Below are positions 8,950 to 17,743 of a DNA stretch of 49,046 nt, in pieces. Within the stretch, counting starts at the first letter, position 1. Each line of letters starts with the position of its first letter. This stretch comes from a virus. Taxonomy: Duplodnaviria > Caudoviricetes. The notes beneath the pieces are model-generated. The model searched no databases. It saw only the letters and a list, made by a program, of their open reading frames with translations, and was not told the origin of the DNA. The translations under genes were made by a program, and so were the position numbers. The stretch lies in the IMG/VR virus record IMGVR_UViG_3300037467_000746, positions 1 to 49,046 of that record, one strand, 5' to 3'.

Positions 8950-9857
8950 TGTGCCAGGCGTGCGGGGCGCTGGCCGGTGAAGTGACGGTGCAGGTCATGT
9001 TGGCGGCGGCTGAGCGTGAACTGATCCTCGCGCAGGCCGATGCGGGCCAGTCGGTTCCGCACGCGACAAGGCCGTTGTCGGCGGCTGAGAAGCGGGCGAA
9101 GATGCGGTTCAAAGAGATCGACGATCTGCAGGTCACTGCGGCCCAAAAAGCGGCTAAGTTACTCGCCGGTAACGCGCAGGTTTACGTAATGGCCGTTATC
9201 GGCGCAATTTTCGGCGCGGAACGGACCCTTGAACCGGATCAGTTCGTCGAAGAATTTGACCGGCTGGCGCGCGGCGAAATGCCTGCCGACGTGGCGGCGG
9301 AAATCGAAGACGCGACCGGTTCCATAGCTGGCATTCTAGCAACAGTGTTCGCCGGGGCGTCACTGATCGCGATCGGCGAAGCACGACGCCAAGGCGCCAA
9401 ACAACTCCCCGACGGTTTACGCGCCGTCCACGGCCGATACGACACCCTGGCCCGGGCTGTTGCCCTGCACCCCTGGACCCGGCTCACATCCAAACTGCAA
9501 ACCGACCTGCTCACCCCGCGGAACCTCGCCGCCCCCATCACCCGGGACGACGTCGAAACCACGCTGAAAGCGATCCCCCTCGACGGGGCAACCGACCTCG
9601 CGAAACAGGCCATCCACACAGCCCACGGCCAAGGCCGGCACGAAACCATGCAAGAAGCCCTGCCCGAACCGCAGGAATGCTACGCGAGCGAACTGCTCGA
9701 CGGGGAAACCTGCGCCCGCTGCGCCGCCGTTGACGGCAAGGAATACGACACCCTCGCCGAAGGACTCGTCGAATACGAAACAGGCGGCTACGGGGCCTGC
9801 CTCGGCGGCGCACGCTGCCGCGGCACCCTCGTCAGCGTCTACGGCTACGCGGGCTAA
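8949..9857 (+). CDS. MuF-like head morphogenesis protein
   Basis: After portal; C-terminal SELLDGETCARC...DG...CLGGARCRG. Confidence 0.75.
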   Translation: MCQACGALAGEVTVQVMLAAAERELILAQADAGQSVPHATRPLSAAEKRAKMRFKEIDDLQVTAAQKAAKLLAGNAQVYVMAVIGAIFGAERTLEPDQFVEEFDRLARGEMPADVAAEIEDATGSIAGILATVFAGASLIAIGEARRQGAKQLPDGLRAVHGRYDTLARAVALHPWTRLTSKLQTDLLTPRNLAAPITRDDVETTLKAIPLDGATDLAKQAIHTAHGQGRHETMQEALPEPQECYASELLDGETCARCAAVDGKEYDTLAEGLVEYETGGYGACLGGARCRGTLVSVYGYAG

Positions 9858-9859
9858 TC

Positions 9860-9899
9860 TGCTATCTTTGTTCTATCCGTTCAAATAAAATCGCCAGAC
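9860..9899 (+). promoter_or_regulatory. extended -10 promoter, operator and TCGCCAGAC box for MTase 2
   Basis: TGC-TATCTT, TGTTCTATCCGTTCAAATA at 9869-9887, TCGCCAGAC at 9891. Confidence 0.6.
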
Positions 9900-9915
9900 G
9901 CGAAAGGCACCGCCC

Positions 9916-10614
9916 ATGCCGCTTTACTACCAAGACGATTACGTGACCCTCTACCACGGGGACTGCGCCGAAATCCTGCCCGCACTTAGTGTCACGGCTG
10001 ACCTTCTACTTACGGACCCGCCATATGGGGTGGACTTCAAAAGCGGTTGGAGTCAACACGCTAGGATTGCCAACGATGATGGGACCGCTGACGTGATGGG
10101 AATGATCGCCCTTGCCGTCAAGAAGCTGCGTCGTCACCGGCACGCCTACATTTTCGGTCCTTGGGACTTCACGGGCACTAACCTCACCGCCCACACGCAA
10201 CTCATTTGGGACAAGGGCATTGTCGGCATGGGCGATCTTTCGCTGCCCTGGGGGACGTCCCATGAGCCAATCACCTTCGCCGTCCACGAGGCATCAAAGG
10301 CAAACCGGGAACAGGGTAAAGGCCGCCTGTCCGCCAGGATGCGGCAAGGAACGGTTCTCCGCGTAGACCGCACTAACGGCGCGTCGAGCAAGAGACACCC
10401 CACGGAGAAGCCCGTGCCGCTCTTGCGGCAACTAATAGAGTCATCCTCCTGCTTCGGGGACGTGGTTCTTGATCCTTTCGCTGGTGTCGGCTCAACGCTC
10501 GTCGCCGCAACGCTGGAGGGGCGGAAATCCGTGGGCATCGAACTTGAAGAAAAATACTGCGAAATCGCTGCCACAAGGTGCTCGGAACTGAGCGAACTAG
10601 GAGTCATAGCATGA
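9916..10614 (+). CDS. beta-class N4-C/N6-A DNA methyltransferase
   Basis: TDPPY ... HPTEKP ... DPFAGVGST. Confidence 0.92.
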   Translation: MPLYYQDDYVTLYHGDCAEILPALSVTADLLLTDPPYGVDFKSGWSQHARIANDDGTADVMGMIALAVKKLRRHRHAYIFGPWDFTGTNLTAHTQLIWDKGIVGMGDLSLPWGTSHEPITFAVHEASKANREQGKGRLSARMRQGTVLRVDRTNGASSKRHPTEKPVPLLRQLIESSSCFGDVVLDPFAGVGSTLVAATLEGRKSVGIELEEKYCEIAATRCSELSELGVIA

Positions 10615-10910
10615 GCATTCCTGACGAAGCATTCGAAGCCGCGGCGATGGCTGTTATGACTGAGATGTTGGAGCGTCCCGGATCGGACGGCTACGTGGAC
10701 GGGCACAGGGAATACGCCCGAGCCGCCCTTGAGGCAGCGGCACCGTACCTCATGGCGGAAGCCGCTGTGGAAGCGGCGGTGTCTGCTGTCGCCCGGAACT
10801 ATGGTTACGCGGGGACCCCCGCTAACACTATCCTGTGGGCACGCATTGCGGTTGACGTGCGCGCCGCCCTTGAAGCCGCGGCCCCTATTCTGTTATCCCC
10901 TGACAGCTAG
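10611..10910 (+). CDS. hypothetical protein with tandem EAA..EAA...RAALEAAAP repeat
   Basis: RBS AGGAG, ATGA overlap; internal duplication. Confidence 0.7.
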   Translation: MSIPDEAFEAAAMAVMTEMLERPGSDGYVDGHREYARAALEAAAPYLMAEAAVEAAVSAVARNYGYAGTPANTILWARIAVDVRAALEAAAPILLSPDS

Positions 10911-10913
10911 CCT

Positions 10914-10957
10914 GGCTCCCGGTTTGATTGCTGCGGCCCCGGGGGCTGTTTCTGTTT
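10914..10957 (+). terminator. putative intrinsic terminator closing the MTase 2 cassette
   Basis: GGCTCCCGG...CCGGGGGCT followed by GTTTCTGTTT. Confidence 0.45.
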
Positions 10958-10974
10958 AACGCGCCGGTAAGCCT

Positions 10975-11013
10975 TCCCACACGCCCGGGCCTGCACCCGT
11001 CACCCTCACCGTA
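10975..11013 (+). promoter_or_regulatory. late-type promoter, leaderless (protease)
   Basis: TCCCAC-N20-CACCCT-N6-ATG. Confidence 0.8.
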
Positions 11014-12122
11014 TGACTATTGCGACTACGACGTTCAAGGACGTGCAGTTGGTGAAGGCGGGCACGTGGGGCGGAATGACGGGCCGGTCGACGATCACGT
11101 CCGAAGACCTGGCCGACGCCGTCGCCGCCTACGCTGACCCTGAGATTGACCGGGGCGTGATCAAGATCGGCCACGACGGTGACTTGAACCTCGCGACCGG
11201 GCAGCCCGCGTTGGGGTGGGTGGAGAACCTGCGCCTGTCCGAGGATCGGCAGACCCTGCTCGGGGATTTGACGAATATCCCGTCGAAGCTCGCGTCGATT
11301 ATTCCTAGGGCTTTCCGCCGCCGCAGCGTGGAGATGACCCTCGGGGCGAAGACCCCCAGCGGGAAGACGTACCGGGCGGCTTTGACCGGCCTCGCACTGT
11401 TGGGTGCGAAGGCCCCCGCCGTGAAGGGCTTGGACGACATTCTGAGCCTGTACGCGGCCGAAGGCGAACCCGTATCGGGCGACGCTGCTGTTGCGTTCGC
11501 GGTGGACGGGGATACGGACACGGCCCCCGTCCCACACGACCCCGCCCTGGCTGGTGATGGTGGTCCTGATGGTACTCCCAACGAAAGGACGGCCGACGTG
11601 GCCCTCTTGGACGAACTGAAGAAGACCCTCGGCCTGCCCGAGGATGCCACCGAGGCCGACGTGACCGCCGCCGTCGCAAAGGCCGCAGGCAACGACCCGA
11701 AGCCCGAAGCCGAACCGGCCCCCGCCGAGCCTGCCCCGGCCGCACCGGCTGCCGCCCCGGCCCCCGCCCCCGCTGCCGAGCCTGCCCCGGGTGTTGAACT
11801 CGGCGAAGGCGCCCCGGCGACCGTCGTGGTCTCCGCTGTGCAGTTCGCGGCCATGCAGGAACAGTTGGCCTCCCTGACCCAGTCCGCCGCCGCCGACCGT
11901 AAGGCCAAGGCCCTCGACGACGCGATCGCCACCGGCCGTATCAGCCCGGCCGAGCGTGTCCAGTTCGCCGCCGTCCTCGACGCGAACGAAGAAGCCGGAA
12001 CCAAGCTGCTCACCAGCCTCGCCCCGCGCGTCGCCGTGATCGAACTCGGCGCCGACCACGCCCCCAACGCCGACGCTGACATCGACGACCTGGAACGCCA
12101 GGCCATCGCAGCCGGACTCTAA
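11013..12122 (+). CDS. capsid maturation protease fused to scaffold (Mu gpI-like)
   Basis: KIGH, GWVENL, RSVE, LTGLALLGAKAPAVKGL; Pro/Ala-rich helical C-terminal part. Confidence 0.85.
   Translation: MTIATTTFKDVQLVKAGTWGGMTGRSTITSEDLADAVAAYADPEIDRGVIKIGHDGDLNLATGQPALGWVENLRLSEDRQTLLGDLTNIPSKLASIIPRAFRRRSVEMTLGAKTPSGKTYRAALTGLALLGAKAPAVKGLDDILSLYAAEGEPVSGDAAVAFAVDGDTDTAPVPHDPALAGDGGPDGTPNERTADVALLDELKKTLGLPEDATEADVTAAVAKAAGNDPKPEAEPAPAEPAPAAPAAAPAPAPAAEPAPGVELGEGAPATVVVSAVQFAAMQEQLASLTQSAAADRKAKALDDAIATGRISPAERVQFAAVLDANEEAGTKLLTSLAPRVAVIELGADHAPNADADIDDLERQAIAAGL
11530..11568 (+). promoter_or_regulatory. internal late-type promoter for the scaffold
   Basis: TCCCAC-N20-GATGGT; RBS GAAAGGA then in-frame GTG 11598. 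Confidence 0.7.
11598..12122 (+). CDS. scaffolding protein, in-frame nested product of the protease gene
   Basis: In-frame GTG with a strong RBS and its own promoter motif. Confidence 0.7.
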   Translation: MALLDELKKTLGLPEDATEADVTAAVAKAAGNDPKPEAEPAPAEPAPAAPAAAPAPAPAAEPAPGVELGEGAPATVVVSAVQFAAMQEQLASLTQSAAADRKAKALDDAIATGRISPAERVQFAAVLDANEEAGTKLLTSLAPRVAVIELGADHAPNADADIDDLERQAIAAGL

Positions 12123-12138
12123 GAAAGGCGATTAGACA

Positions 12139-12525
12139 ATGACTGCTTTCGCACCCGTAAACCCCACGTTCCAGGTTTTCTCCGACAACTCGGCGACCCC
12201 GTGCAAGGCGTCCGGCGCGATCACCGGTTCCCGGTTCGTGAAGCTCGTCGCCGGTGGCACCTTCCAGCAGCCCAAGGTCGCGCAGGCCGGTGCCGGTGAC
12301 CAGGTCTTCGGCGTCGCCGCCTACGACGCTGTCGACGGTGAGGTTTTCACCGTGCAGCACGTCGGAACGTTCACTGTGACCGCTGGCGCTGCCCTGACCG
12401 CCCCGGTCGAGGTCCAGTCCGACGCGAACGGTAAGGCCGTTGCCCTGTCGACCGGGAAGCGCGCCGGTTCGGTGTACTTCGACGCCGCCCTCAACGCTGA
12501 CGCCGCCGTGCGTCTGGCCCTCTAA
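12139..12525 (+). CDS. capsid decoration/cement protein (DUF2190-like)
   Basis: GVAAYDA...VTAGAALTA..VQSDANGKAV; between scaffold and capsid gene. Confidence 0.8.
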   Translation: MTAFAPVNPTFQVFSDNSATPCKASGAITGSRFVKLVAGGTFQQPKVAQAGAGDQVFGVAAYDAVDGEVFTVQHVGTFTVTAGAALTAPVEVQSDANGKAVALSTGKRAGSVYFDAALNADAAVRLAL

Positions 12526-12543
12526 CCAAGAAAGAACGAGGCT

Positions 12544-13428
12544 ATGACACTCACCTACCCGGCCGGCGCACCGTCTACCACCGGCACCCGCCTGACCGTT
12601 GACCGGCTGCTGAAGAACCCGACCGTTCTCGCGAAGCGGATCATCAACGACACGACCCCGTTCCTGTCCGAACTGCTGTTCCGTCAGGGCACCACCGATT
12701 CGGGCACGGTCATCTACTCCGAGTCCGCGATCGAGGATCTGTACCCGTCCCGCGGCGATATCGGCGAGGTGTCCCCGGGCGGCGCGTTCCCGATGATCGA
12801 CGTCGCCGAGGGCGGCGACAAAGTCGCCCTCGCGTCCAAGTTCGGCGCAGGGTTCATCGTCACCGACGAAGCCCGCGACCGGAACAACTTCGACGTCATC
12901 GCCAAGGGCAACATGAAGGTACGCAACGCCCTGCTCCGCCAGGACGCCGCCCGCTGCCTCACCCTGTTCCAGTCCAAGGCCCCCACCGTCGCATCCGTCG
13001 GCGCGTGGACGACCACGAAGATTTGGAAGACTGACCTGCTGAAGGGTGTCGGTCAGATTCAGGGCCTTCGCCTCGGCTACAGCCCTGACTCTGTGATCAT
13101 TTCCCCGGCGACGGCCACGAACCTGTTGCTGCTCGATGACCTGCAGAACTGGGCACCCCGGGAAAACAGCAGCCTGAACCCGCTGTACAACCCGTCCCTG
13201 TCCGGCCTGCTGGGCCTGAACTGGATCGTCAACGAGTTCGCCTCCGACGATCAGGCGATCCTGCTGCAGACCAAGATCACCGGCGCGAACATCACCGAGA
13301 AGCCGTACGGTGTCGAGGTTGACCGTGACCCGAAGGTGCAGGAAACGACCGTGATCGCCTCGAAGCGTTCCGTGCCGATCATCGACGAACCGGGCAGCGC
13401 CCTGGTCATCACCGGGATCTCGTCCTAA
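12544..13428 (+). CDS. major capsid protein
   Basis: Size, position, strong codon bias; EVSPGGAFP, PDSVIISP, GLLGLNWI. Confidence 0.85.
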   Translation: MTLTYPAGAPSTTGTRLTVDRLLKNPTVLAKRIINDTTPFLSELLFRQGTTDSGTVIYSESAIEDLYPSRGDIGEVSPGGAFPMIDVAEGGDKVALASKFGAGFIVTDEARDRNNFDVIAKGNMKVRNALLRQDAARCLTLFQSKAPTVASVGAWTTTKIWKTDLLKGVGQIQGLRLGYSPDSVIISPATATNLLLLDDLQNWAPRENSSLNPLYNPSLSGLLGLNWIVNEFASDDQAILLQTKITGANITEKPYGVEVDRDPKVQETTVIASKRSVPIIDEPGSALVITGISS

Positions 13429-13430
13429 CC

Positions 13431-13817
13431 ATGGCTCGTCAGGGTAGGGCCACCGATACCGGGGCCGAAGTGCAGACCAGCCCGCTGGAACAGGACGTCG
13501 CAACCGCTAACGCGGGCGCTGTCGCTGCCGCCGAAGTGGTGCCCGCAGGCGATCCCCGCGAGTCCGCGTTGGCTGCGCTGGTGTACGGCAACAGCACCCC
13601 CGCGCCGGTGGCCGACCCTGCCGCCGACGTGATCGTCGACGACTCCGAGATCCTCGACTTCGGGGGCCGGTCGAAGGCTGTCGTTGTGATCAGCTACTAC
13701 AACCAGTTCGTTGACGGCCTCGTCAAGTCAGCGCGCAAGGGGCAGGTGGTATCCACGGATGCCGAGTCCCTGAAGCGCGGCGAACGCATCGGCGCACTAA
13801 AGAAGTACGGGGAGTAA
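13431..13817 (+). CDS. hypothetical head-associated protein
   Basis: ORF immediately after the capsid gene. Confidence 0.7.
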   Translation: MARQGRATDTGAEVQTSPLEQDVATANAGAVAAAEVVPAGDPRESALAALVYGNSTPAPVADPAADVIVDDSEILDFGGRSKAVVVISYYNQFVDGLVKSARKGQVVSTDAESLKRGERIGALKKYGE

Positions 13818-13823
13818 ACCCTT

Positions 13824-14327
13824 ATGGCTGTCGAACAGACAGCCGATACCGACTGGGGCGTCACTGTCGAAGAAGTTTCGGCACTGGCGCCCCACGTCAC
13901 TATCGGCGAAGCACCGGCCGCACCGGTCGACGACACGTTCTATATACCCGCTGACCGGGCGATCACGGTCAACGAGGTTCAGGGGTTCATCAGGGACGCG
14001 GCCGCGCGCGTGTCGCTGCGTCTCGCGAACCTGACAAGGATCACCGACGCCGGCCAGTTGTCCACGGTGGCTAAGGCGGCGCATGACGCGACCGTGAACG
14101 GCGCCGCCTGGTACCTCGTCACCGCAGCCTTCCCTATCGGGCAGGTCAACGACAACAGCGCCTACGCCGAGGTCCTGCGCGCCCGCTTCGAAACCGCTTT
14201 GGACACTGCCGGGGGCGTCCTCGACGGCTGGGTGCTGGAACTGGCCAACGGCGGCGGCAGCACGCAGCCGCACACGTTCGCATCATCCTTCCCTGCGACG
14301 TCGTTCCCCGACGCTTTCAGGCTCTAA
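13824..14327 (+). CDS. head-to-tail adaptor (putative)
   Basis: Synteny; RBS GGGGAG. Confidence 0.6.
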   Translation: MAVEQTADTDWGVTVEEVSALAPHVTIGEAPAAPVDDTFYIPADRAITVNEVQGFIRDAAARVSLRLANLTRITDAGQLSTVAKAAHDATVNGAAWYLVTAAFPIGQVNDNSAYAEVLRARFETALDTAGGVLDGWVLELANGGGSTQPHTFASSFPATSFPDAFRL

Positions 14328-14329
14328 CC

Positions 14330-14800
14330 ATGACAACACTGCGTTTCGACAGTGACGGGGCGGATGCTTTCGCGTTGCAGTTGCGCCGGTTTGAGCACAA
14401 CATCGGGGACGCGACCCCGGCGTTTGAGGCTATGGCCCGTTTCCAGGTGGGCACGGTCAACGCCCGCCAGTTCAAGGAACGGGGCACGGTCGAGACCGGC
14501 CGTTGGGCGCCCCTGTCGCCGTTGTATGGGCGGTGGAAGGCGCGTGTCCGGCCGGGGAAGCCGCTCATGGTGTTCGACGGCGACCTCAAACGCAGCATGA
14601 CCGTGCCCGGGAAGGGTGTCTACATTGTCCGGTCGAACATGATGACCGTCGGCACCGCGATCCCCTACGCGAAATACCACCAGAAAGGCACCCCCACCAT
14701 GCCCGCTAGGAAGCTGATCGGCAAGCCGCGCAAAGCGGACACCCGTGAGTTCGCGAAGATCCTGCAACGCCACATCATCGGCCAAAGGGTGGGTGCCTGA
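14330..14800 (+). CDS. virion morphogenesis / tail completion protein (Mu gpG-like)
   Basis: WAPLS...G.L..S...VGTAIPYAKYHQKGT..MPAR. Confidence 0.8.
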   Translation: MTTLRFDSDGADAFALQLRRFEHNIGDATPAFEAMARFQVGTVNARQFKERGTVETGRWAPLSPLYGRWKARVRPGKPLMVFDGDLKRSMTVPGKGVYIVRSNMMTVGTAIPYAKYHQKGTPTMPARKLIGKPRKADTREFAKILQRHIIGQRVGA

Positions 14801-15204
14801 TGCTCGCGCTAGGGATCGTCCTCGCCCACCTAATCGGCGACTACCTCATTCAGTCGCACTGGATGGCAACCTGCAAAACCAAACAGTGGTGGCCCGCGAT
14901 CGCGCACGGCCTGACCTACACCATCCCGTATGCGTTCATCACACAGTCGACCCTCGCGCTGTTCGTGATCTGCTCAACGCACATCGTGATCGACAGGTTC
15001 AGGCTCGCCCGTCATTTCGCATGGTTCAAAAACCAGCTAGGCCCGAAGGCGAACCGCCCGCGATGGGCTGACGCTAAGGCGACGGGCTACCCGTCCGACA
15101 CCCCGCCTTGGCTGGCCGTGTGGCTCATGATCATCGCCGACAACACGATTCACCTACTGATCAACACCGCCGCTATCCTCTGGCTCGCAAAGGTTGGTGT
15201 CTGA
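14800..15204 (+). CDS. DUF3307-like membrane protein
   Basis: LAHLIGDYLIQSHWMA..K, HGLTY, THIVIDRF, ADNTIH. Confidence 0.75.
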   Translation: MLALGIVLAHLIGDYLIQSHWMATCKTKQWWPAIAHGLTYTIPYAFITQSTLALFVICSTHIVIDRFRLARHFAWFKNQLGPKANRPRWADAKATGYPSDTPPWLAVWLMIIADNTIHLLINTAAILWLAKVGV

Positions 15205-15818
15205 TGCTCGGCCCCGAAGGCGTCACCCGAGGCGTCACCCAACAAGCCAAAGCCACGTTGCCGGCGCGCCTTGCTGAGTTCCGCACTCGCTACGCCACGA
15301 CGGCCGAGTCGTTGCCGGACTTCCGTGAGGTCTACCCCGACGAGATCAACGCCCTGTCCATTGAGAAGTACCCGGCCCTGGCCGTGGTCATCCCCTCAAC
15401 AGTCAGCACCCGTTCGACGCAGGCCAGGCAGACCGACGTCGGCGACTCATATGAGGAATATTCCTACAGGTACAACGTGCAGCTGTACTCCTACGCCGCA
15501 GGCAGCACAACCGCCGAAACCTCACTCGCGATCAAGCGCTACACCCTCGCCGTCCGCGAAGCGTTCCTCGCCGACAAGATCCTCCCCACACCGGGAATGG
15601 ACGACGCGCAGGTCGACCCCGCCACCGTCACCGAGTCCTATTCCGAGCTCGACAAGCGCGATAACAAATTCATCGCCGCGTCAGTGGTGCAGTTCGAAGT
15701 CGTCACCCACGAACGCCTCTACTTCATCCAACGCTTCACCGACCCCGCCCAACTCGTCCTCGGCGCAACCCTCACCGTCTCCACGTCACCCGACCAGCAC
15801 CCCATCGACCTCGAGTAG
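15204..15818 (+). CDS. tail terminator/completion protein (putative)
   Basis: TGATG overlap at 15204; synteny before sheath. Confidence 0.6.
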   Translation: MLGPEGVTRGVTQQAKATLPARLAEFRTRYATTAESLPDFREVYPDEINALSIEKYPALAVVIPSTVSTRSTQARQTDVGDSYEEYSYRYNVQLYSYAAGSTTAETSLAIKRYTLAVREAFLADKILPTPGMDDAQVDPATVTESYSELDKRDNKFIAASVVQFEVVTHERLYFIQRFTDPAQLVLGATLTVSTSPDQHPIDLE

Positions 15819-15835
15819 GGCACTGCCCGGCGTCA

Positions 15836-15874
15836 TCCCACCTAGCAGGGTTGGCGCCGGGCACCATGCCTCTA
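15836..15874 (+). promoter_or_regulatory. late-type promoter, leaderless (MTase 3)
   Basis: TCCCAC-N20-CACCAT-N6-ATG. Confidence 0.75.
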
Positions 15875-17475
15875 TGCGCCCAAACATTCACTTGCAGACC
15901 GACACCGTCACCGTCTGGCACGGCGACAGCATCGCCACCATGCGCGAGTTGCCCGACAACTCGATCGACTCCATCGTCACCGACCCGCCGTATGGCCTAG
16001 GTTTCATGGGGGCCAAATGGGATGCCCTACCGCCCGGGGAAGACTGGGCGCGCGAGTGCCTGCGCGTGTTGAAACCGGGCGGGCACCTGCTCGCGTTCGG
16101 TGGGTCACGGACGTGGCACCGGCTCGCCGTCGCCGTCGAGGATGCCGGGTTCGAGGTCCGCGACAGCATCGCATGGCTCTACGGCAGCGGTTTCCCGAAG
16201 TCCCTCGACGTCAGTAAGGCGATCGACAAAGCCGCAGGCGCCGAACGAACTGAAGGCGCCCGGGAATGGTCTGGCGGGCAGCGGTCCGCGGGCGTAATGG
16301 GAAATAACCTCGGGACGCAGACGCTCACAAAGTACGACACCCCGGCGACTGAGGCCGCGCGGGAGTGGCAGGGGTGGGGGACGGCGTTGAAGCCTGCGTT
16401 TGAGCCTGTCGTGGTCGGGCGTAAACCCCTGCAGGGGACGGTCGCGCAGAACGTCCAGACCTACGGGACCGGGGCGCTCAATATAGATGCGACGCGGATT
16501 ACCGCCGACGGCCCGCATCCTTCGCAGCCCACTTTGCAGGGTTCCGCTGATAGTAGTCGCGCTGGTAGCACGGACTGCACATGCCCCGAGCGCGAAGACG
16601 TCCAAACCACCCGCAGCCAGAACACTCCGCTTCGGGCTTCGTCTGACGCTTCACCCGCAGGTCATAGTGACCTTCTTCCCAGTGCTCGCGAACATGCTTC
16701 GAGTTGTTTACGACTTCCAGGTTCTCGGGCCGGTTATCCGTCTTCACCTTGTTCTTGTGGTGAACGTGCTCAGTGCGAAGTAGTGGTCGACCTAGCATCT
16801 GCTCGGCAACTAGTCGATGCTCCCGCATCTGACGACCGTCAACCAGCAGGCACACATATCCGTGAGAATCAATCCAAGCCATGCTTCAAGTGTACAGCAG
16901 GCAATGTTGAGCGGGAAGCCCCTGCTGGTCGTTGGCCGGCGAATGTGGTGTTGGATGACACGACCGCCCAAATACTCGACCAACAAAGCGGGATCAGCAA
17001 GACTGCCCCACGCGGCAAACCGAGTCAGGGCAAGCCTATGGCTAAAGGTGAAGCAACCGATATTTCAGCGTCTCGCCTGTACCCAACCACGCCCGCCGAG
17101 TATGACGACATGGGCGGCGCGTCGCGGTTCTTCAAGGTCGTCTCAGATGAGCATGGCGCGATCTCCGAGCACTTCCCGCGCGAGTTCGACGATACTTTCA
17201 TGTACGCATCCAAGGCGCCGAAGCGTGAGCGGCCGGTAGTGGATGGTGTCGCTCACCCGACCGTGAAGCCACTCGCGCTGATGCGGTGGCTCGTCAAACT
17301 TGTCACGCCGCCCGGGGGTGTGGTCTTGGACCCGTTCGAGGGCAGCGGCACGACGTTGGAAGCGTGCCTGTTGGAAGGCTTCGACCATGTCGGGATCGAA
17401 CGCGAGCAGGATTACCTGCCCCTGATAGAAGCACGACTCGACCGGCAGGCGGGGACGCTCCCGACCGCGGCGTAG
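15874..17475 (+). CDS. beta-class N4-C/N6-A DNA methyltransferase with large in-frame insertion
   Basis: TDPPY, YGSGFPKS, LKPAFEP, GRWPANV, HPTVKP, DPFEGSGTT; start moved to 15874 by the promoter motif and similarity to the other MTase N-termini. Confidence 0.88.
   Translation: MRPNIHLQTDTVTVWHGDSIATMRELPDNSIDSIVTDPPYGLGFMGAKWDALPPGEDWARECLRVLKPGGHLLAFGGSRTWHRLAVAVEDAGFEVRDSIAWLYGSGFPKSLDVSKAIDKAAGAERTEGAREWSGGQRSAGVMGNNLGTQTLTKYDTPATEAAREWQGWGTALKPAFEPVVVGRKPLQGTVAQNVQTYGTGALNIDATRITADGPHPSQPTLQGSADSSRAGSTDCTCPEREDVQTTRSQNTPLRASSDASPAGHSDLLPSAREHASSCLRLPGSRAGYPSSPCSCGERAQCEVVVDLASARQLVDAPASDDRQPAGTHIRENQSKPCFKCTAGNVEREAPAGRWPANVVLDDTTAQILDQQSGISKTAPRGKPSQGKPMAKGEATDISASRLYPTTPAEYDDMGGASRFFKVVSDEHGAISEHFPREFDDTFMYASKAPKRERPVVDGVAHPTVKPLALMRWLVKLVTPPGGVVLDPFEGSGTTLEACLLEGFDHVGIEREQDYLPLIEARLDRQAGTLPTAA
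16499..16882 (-). CDS. HNH endonuclease (HNH_3-type) with C-terminal Zn finger, nested antisense in MTase 3
   Basis: EHRLVAEQMLGRPL..EHVHHKNKVKTDNRPENL; CSGC..CSPC; TACACT six nt upstream of ATG. Confidence 0.85.
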   Translation of the reverse strand: MAWIDSHGYVCLLVDGRQMREHRLVAEQMLGRPLLRTEHVHHKNKVKTDNRPENLEVVNNSKHVREHWEEGHYDLRVKRQTKPEAECSGCGWFGRLRARGMCSPCYQRDYYQRNPAKWAAKDAGRRR

Positions 17476-17493
17476 GGCCGGACACGCGCCCCG

Positions 17494-17532
17494 TCCCACA
17501 CGGCCGGGTGCTGCGCCGTGAAGGTGGGGGTA
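17494..17532 (+). promoter_or_regulatory. late-type promoter, leaderless (sheath/tube operon)
   Basis: TCCCAC-N20-GAAGGT-N6-ATG. Confidence 0.8.
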
Positions 17533-17741
17533 TGAGCGGCATACGGCTACACAACCCCGGGCAGTTTGAACAGGTCTACGACCAGGCAGGGCACGTCCTC
17601 GCGGGCGGCGAGTCCCGCGTCGTCGATAAGACGGACGCCTACACCGACGACCTTGTTGGCCGGGGCGTGATCCTGTCGGCGCCTGCCGAGCCGTCGCTGA
17701 TCGCACGGCGCAAATCAAAGAACACCACGGAAGGTAACTGA
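17532..17741 (+). CDS. small tail-associated protein
   Basis: MSGIRLHNPGQF...; starts at the predicted +1 and precedes the sheath gene. Confidence 0.7.
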   Translation: MSGIRLHNPGQFEQVYDQAGHVLAGGESRVVDKTDAYTDDLVGRGVILSAPAEPSLIARRKSKNTTEGN

Positions 17742-17743
17742 TT

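Noticed and set aside
7264-13503. Long minus-strand ORFs (7264-8889, 8076-9146, 10956-12059, 12010-13503 and similar)
   Set aside because: Antisense shadows of high-GC3 genes with no recognisable motifs or expression signals, unlike the HNH at 16499-16882
15271-15873. 734-aa version of MTase 3
   Set aside because: The N-terminal 201 aa are an off-frame shadow of the tail terminator gene; the promoter motif and paralog N-termini point to ATG 15874
16490-16920. Intein or group I intron in MTase 3
   Set aside because: No intein terminal residues or evident intron core; the endonuclease is on the opposite strand
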